Below the pieces are notes generated by a model that did no database searches, was not told where the DNA came from, and saw nothing but the letters and a program-made list of their open reading frames with translations. Position numbers and translations under genes: made by a program. A stretch of DNA of 37,854 bases from an uncultured Piscirickettsiaceae bacterium (GTDB lineage: Bacteria; Pseudomonadota; Gammaproteobacteria; GCF-002020875): assembly GCA_964344735.1 (NCBI GenBank), contig CAYFOQ010000001.1, positions 1 to 37,854 on the forward strand. Reading direction: 5' to 3'. Shown piece by piece: positions 34,316 to 37,854 of the stretch (positions are counted from its first letter, which is position 1; each line of letters begins with the position of its first letter).

Positions 34316-36394
34316 ATGAAAAAAATCCTGGGTCGTTATGACATTCTGATCACCATCGCCCTCTTTTTGGCGATGATTCCAGCGGAGTATAACGAGACCT
34401 TTGCTCTGTTGGAGGAGCAGACGCTCTCCTTCCGGCAGATTCTCAGAATGACCAGTGGAGACCCGGAGCAGACCAGCTTCTCCAGTGATGACATCATCAT
34501 GGTCAATACCGATGAGGCCTTCTTTGCAGAGTACGGTAGCTTCCCACTACGGCGTACCGATATTGCACAAATCGCCTCGCAGTTGGATAAAATGGGGGCC
34601 AGAGTGATCGCACTCGACGTCTTGATGGACTTCCCCAGCTCCTACAATGAGGATCCCGAAACAGCGGAGATGTTACGAGAGACCGGTAAGGCACTATTGG
34701 TCTCTCAGGCACAGATCGTAGATGGTAAGTTTCAGGGGATGAACTACCCCACCGAGGCCTATCGGGATGCCGCCAAGAGTGGTTACACCAACATCTCTTC
34801 CTCCAGCTCGATTATTACCAGCCTCTCCAAGCTCAAGGTGCGTGATGATACCATCGAGGTGACCGATGGTTGGCCGTTTGCGGTACAGGCGTTATCGATG
34901 TATTACGGTGCTGAGCCGGCTCTGGTGAAAGAGGGAAAGAAGACCTATCTCACGATTGGTGACATGGTCAAGGTACCACTGGATCACCATAATCAGTTCC
35001 ACATCGACTTCCCCGCACTGCCGAACGGAACTCAGTTTCTCTATGAGACTGCCGGCATGAGCGCAATGGAGATCCTGGATCTGGACGAAGATGAGGTGGA
35101 GGATTACTCTTATCTCTTCGATGGCAAGATCGTGGTTGTTGGAGATACCTCAGAAGTATCTCACGACTGGTTCGACACACCGGTTGGGATGGTCTACGGG
35201 GTGGAGATCATCGCTGATAGCATCCATACTCTGATGCGGGGAGCACCGTTGCAGCCCGCCAGCCAGGAGCTGGAGTATCTGGTGCTGGTGGTGGTGATGA
35301 CATTGATGCTAATGCTGAGCTTTATCACCAGTCCGACCATCAAATTCTTGCTCACCGCACTGATTTTTGTCGCCTATGGTGGGGTTGTCACCAAACTTTA
35401 TATTGATCAGGGAACGGTCTTCGCCATGAGCTACGTGTTGGTCGCAGCCTTTCTCTCTTATCTGGTGATCAACCTGCGTCACTACCTGTTGGAGCGTGAC
35501 CAGAAGGGGTTTGTTACCGCAGCATTTGGACAATACCTCTCGCCCGATGTGGTTGATGCGCTGGTGAAGGATCCCTCCAAGATGTCGCTCGGGGGCGAGA
35601 GCCGAGAGATGACCGCATTCTTCTCCGATGTAGCCAGCTTCTCTACCATCTCTGAGAAGTTGACTCCAGGAGAGTTAGTGGCTCTTCTGAATGAGTACCT
35701 GACGGCGATGTGTGACATCATTGCGGGGACCGGAGGCACCATCGACAAGTTCGAAGGGGATGCCATCATCGCCTTCTGGGGAGCACCGCTGGAGCAACCG
35801 GACCATGCAGTACGAGCCTGTTACAGTGTGATCGATCAGCAGAAGTTTCTCGTTCCCTTCCGTGAGGAGCAGATCAAGAAAGGGTGGCTGCCGGTCGAGT
35901 TCCGGGTCCGTATGGGGGTCAACTCTGGACCGATGATCGTCGGTAATATGGGCTCGAAACAGCGCATGGACTACACTATGATGGGCGACTCGGTCAATCT
36001 GGCCGCACGGTTGGAGGGGGCCAACAAGTTCTACAAGAATCACTCCATGATCTCCGAATCCACCTATGCTCAGGCCAAGGATTTTATCGATGTGCGTGAG
36101 CTCGACTCTATCCGGGTGGTGGGTAAAAAAGAGCCGGTCACGGTCTACGATGTGTTGGAACGGAAAAATCAGACCAGCGGTAAGATGGCGGAGGTGGTAC
36201 CGATCTACCTGCGAGGGTTGGAGCTCTACAAGCAGCTCGATTTTGTGGCGGCCCAGCAGGAGTTCCGCAAGGCACTCGCCATTTTGGAGAACGATGGTCC
36301 ATCGCTTACCTATGTCGATCGTTGTCAGCACTTCATCGACAATCCACCTGCGCCGGACTGGGATGGGGTCTGGACCCATACCGAAAAGGGGTAG
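34316..36394 (+). CDS. CHASE2 sensor domain-containing class III adenylate/guanylate cyclase
   Basis: An N-terminal TM is followed by a roughly 290-aa extracytoplasmic region typical of CHASE2 (IIMVNTDE...RVIALDVLMDFPS...VVVGDTSE..HDWFDTP), then three TMs. The class III cyclase core is present (MTAFFSDVASFSTISE ... IDKFEGDAIIAFWGAP ... RVRMGVNSGPMIVGNMGS ... DYTMMGDSVNLAARLE). A short TPR-like tail ends the protein. A GGAGG SD sequence is upstream. Confidence 0.9.
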   Translation: MKKILGRYDILITIALFLAMIPAEYNETFALLEEQTLSFRQILRMTSGDPEQTSFSSDDIIMVNTDEAFFAEYGSFPLRRTDIAQIASQLDKMGARVIALDVLMDFPSSYNEDPETAEMLRETGKALLVSQAQIVDGKFQGMNYPTEAYRDAAKSGYTNISSSSSIITSLSKLKVRDDTIEVTDGWPFAVQALSMYYGAEPALVKEGKKTYLTIGDMVKVPLDHHNQFHIDFPALPNGTQFLYETAGMSAMEILDLDEDEVEDYSYLFDGKIVVVGDTSEVSHDWFDTPVGMVYGVEIIADSIHTLMRGAPLQPASQELEYLVLVVVMTLMLMLSFITSPTIKFLLTALIFVAYGGVVTKLYIDQGTVFAMSYVLVAAFLSYLVINLRHYLLERDQKGFVTAAFGQYLSPDVVDALVKDPSKMSLGGESREMTAFFSDVASFSTISEKLTPGELVALLNEYLTAMCDIIAGTGGTIDKFEGDAIIAFWGAPLEQPDHAVRACYSVIDQQKFLVPFREEQIKKGWLPVEFRVRMGVNSGPMIVGNMGSKQRMDYTMMGDSVNLAARLEGANKFYKNHSMISESTYAQAKDFIDVRELDSIRVVGKKEPVTVYDVLERKNQTSGKMAEVVPIYLRGLELYKQLDFVAAQQEFRKALAILENDGPSLTYVDRCQHFIDNPPAPDWDGVWTHTEKG

Positions 36395-36433
36395 TGAACG
36401 ACGACACACAATACCCTGCGGCAGTAGTACGAC

Positions 36434-37780
36434 ATGGCAAAGACCGAGTACGAAGAGTGGGCCCGAGTCTCTAGCAATCGCACGCGCCCCTTTCATCACC
36501 TGCTGCTCTTTGCAGTCGTGTTAGTGGTGGTGGTGGCGCTGGTCTGGGCGGATCATGCTGTTCTGGATGAGGTGACCCGAGGGGAGGGAAGAGTAATTCC
36601 CTCATCACAGGTACAGGTGATCCAGAACCTCGAGGGTGGGATCGTCGAGGAAATTCTGGTACACGAGGGGGAGGTCGTCGAGAAAGGGCAAGTGGTGTTG
36701 CGTCTCTCAGATACCCAGTATATCTCTGAGGCCCGTCAAAACCGACTCGAGGTGCTCTATCTGCTGGCAAAGATCGCGCGGCTGGAGGCGGAGGTGGCGG
36801 GTCAGCCCTACCGTCCACCAGCCGAGGTTGTGGCCGAACAGGCCGACTTCTCTGACAGTGAGGCTGCGGCCTACCTGGTACGTCGCTCCGAATTGGCGGC
36901 ACAGACCGATGTGCTCAACGCCCAACGTCTGCAACGAGAACAGGAGCTCTCCGAGAAACGTGCCAACATCTCCAATCTGGAGCAGGGATTGACGCTCTCC
37001 CATGAGGAGTACAAGATCGCTCAGCGCGAGCTTGAGATCGCGGAGAAGGTACGCAAGATCAAGGTGATGTCAGAGGTCGAGATGGTGCGCCTGAAACGCG
37101 ATCTGGCCCGTCTGGAGCGAGAGTTACACACCCTGCAGACCGAGTATGATGCCAACCTCAACGCCATTCCGCGACTGGAAGCAACCATTTCCGAGATCGA
37201 TCGCCGGCTCGAGAGTGAACGACTCACCTTTGTTGCCCGTTCTACCCAGGAGTTGAGTGAGGCTCGTGCTATGCTCTCCCGAGGGCAAGAGAAGCAGAGT
37301 ACGCTCAACGATCGTCTCCAGCGGACAGAGATTCGCTCTCCGGTCTATGGTGAAGTGAAACGAATCAAGGTGAGTACGATTGGTGGGGTAATCCAGCCGG
37401 CGATGGACATCATGGAGGTGGTGCCGCTCAATGACCAGCTGTTGATCGAAGCCAAAATCCGTCCTGCCGATATCGGTTTTCTGCGTCCCGATCAGCAGGC
37501 GATGGTCAAGTTTACCGCCTACGATCCCACGATCTATGGAGGCATACCGGCACAATTGGAGCAGATCAGTGCAGACACCATTGTCGATGAGAAGGGGGAG
37601 AGCTACTACCGTGTACGGCTCAGAACCGAACGTAACGCCCTGGGGAGTGAGGAGAAGCCACTGCCGATCATTACCGGAATGACGGTCACCGTAGAGCTGT
37701 TAACCGGGGAAAAGACGGTGCTTGATTACCTGCTCAAACCGATTCTCAAGGCTAGGCAGAATGCCTTGCGTGAGCGCTGA
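36434..37780 (+). CDS. HlyD-family type I secretion periplasmic adaptor (membrane fusion protein)
   Basis: 448 aa with an N-terminal TM, HlyD lipoyl/hairpin/beta-barrel motifs (GEGRVIPSSQVQVIQNLEGGIVEEILVHEGEVVEKGQVVLRL), a long coiled coil, and the C-terminal GMTVTVELLTGEKTVLDYLLKP typical of T1SS adaptors. Confidence 0.92.
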   Translation: MAKTEYEEWARVSSNRTRPFHHLLLFAVVLVVVVALVWADHAVLDEVTRGEGRVIPSSQVQVIQNLEGGIVEEILVHEGEVVEKGQVVLRLSDTQYISEARQNRLEVLYLLAKIARLEAEVAGQPYRPPAEVVAEQADFSDSEAAAYLVRRSELAAQTDVLNAQRLQREQELSEKRANISNLEQGLTLSHEEYKIAQRELEIAEKVRKIKVMSEVEMVRLKRDLARLERELHTLQTEYDANLNAIPRLEATISEIDRRLESERLTFVARSTQELSEARAMLSRGQEKQSTLNDRLQRTEIRSPVYGEVKRIKVSTIGGVIQPAMDIMEVVPLNDQLLIEAKIRPADIGFLRPDQQAMVKFTAYDPTIYGGIPAQLEQISADTIVDEKGESYYRVRLRTERNALGSEEKPLPIITGMTVTVELLTGEKTVLDYLLKPILKARQNALRER

Positions 37781-37854
37781 TCATCGGCGACTCATCCTTT
37801 ACAACGCAAGATAACGCAACAATCTTGACCTGAACAGAGGGATGCGATCTAATA

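Noticed and set aside
35675-36499. 274-aa minus-strand ORF
   Set aside because: It lies antisense to the cyclase catalytic domain and the hlyD start, and has no motif or RBS. The same reasoning rejects 31531-32337 (-), 33202-33834 (-), 7887-8552 (-), 17720-18271 (+), 10464-10964 (-), 11896-12399 (-) and similar overlapping ORFs in the track.
37842-37854. Possible start of a further gene (ATG at 37842 preceded by AGAGGG) after hlyD
   Set aside because: Only four codons fall within the window, which is too little to call.

Overview
The window looks like a moderately GC-rich proteobacterial chromosome. The mreBCD / gatCAB divergent arrangement suggests a gammaproteobacterium, but that is inference and I cannot name the organism.

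The first ~18 kb is housekeeping:
- A seven-gene minus-strand cell-elongation chain, mreB-mreC-mreD-mrdA(PBP2)-rodA-mltB-rlpA. Four of its six junctions (mreC/mreD, mreD/mrdA, mrdA/rodA, rodA/mltB) are 4-bp ATGA overlaps. mreD is out of frame and looks internally deleted.
- gatCAB, a two-domain PPK2 followed by PPK1, a SprA-related putative metalloprotease, and argF-argD.

From ~18.5 kb the content becomes accessory-like and signalling-heavy:
- A 727-aa protein with a metallo-beta-lactamase (MBL) fold plus two cyclic-nucleotide-binding (cNMP) domains.
- A PuuD-N-like membrane protein and an orphan hydantoinase-B/oxoprolinase subunit.
- A stand-alone 117-aa cNMP-binding protein.
- An orphan MotA/MotB-type stator pair followed by a secreted pentapeptide-repeat protein.
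- A duplicated DUF1538-type membrane protein translationally coupled to two P-II-like proteins.
- A module of a 1300-aa TPR-CHAT protease, a secreted FecR-like protein and a CHASE2 class III nucleotidyl cyclase, followed by a HlyD-family type I secretion adaptor.

I found no rRNA, tRNA, CRISPR array, transposase or integrase. Two long (136 and 150 bp) imperfect palindromic intergenic elements sit directly after the gatB and ppk1 stop codons. An orphan intrinsic terminator lies upstream of argD.

The best candidates for an uncharacterised system are the TPR-CHAT / FecR-like / CHASE2-cyclase trio, the cNMP-associated orphan stator cluster, and the DUF1538 + 2x P-II-like transporter module. All functional calls come from reading the ORF translations by eye. 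No database search was run.
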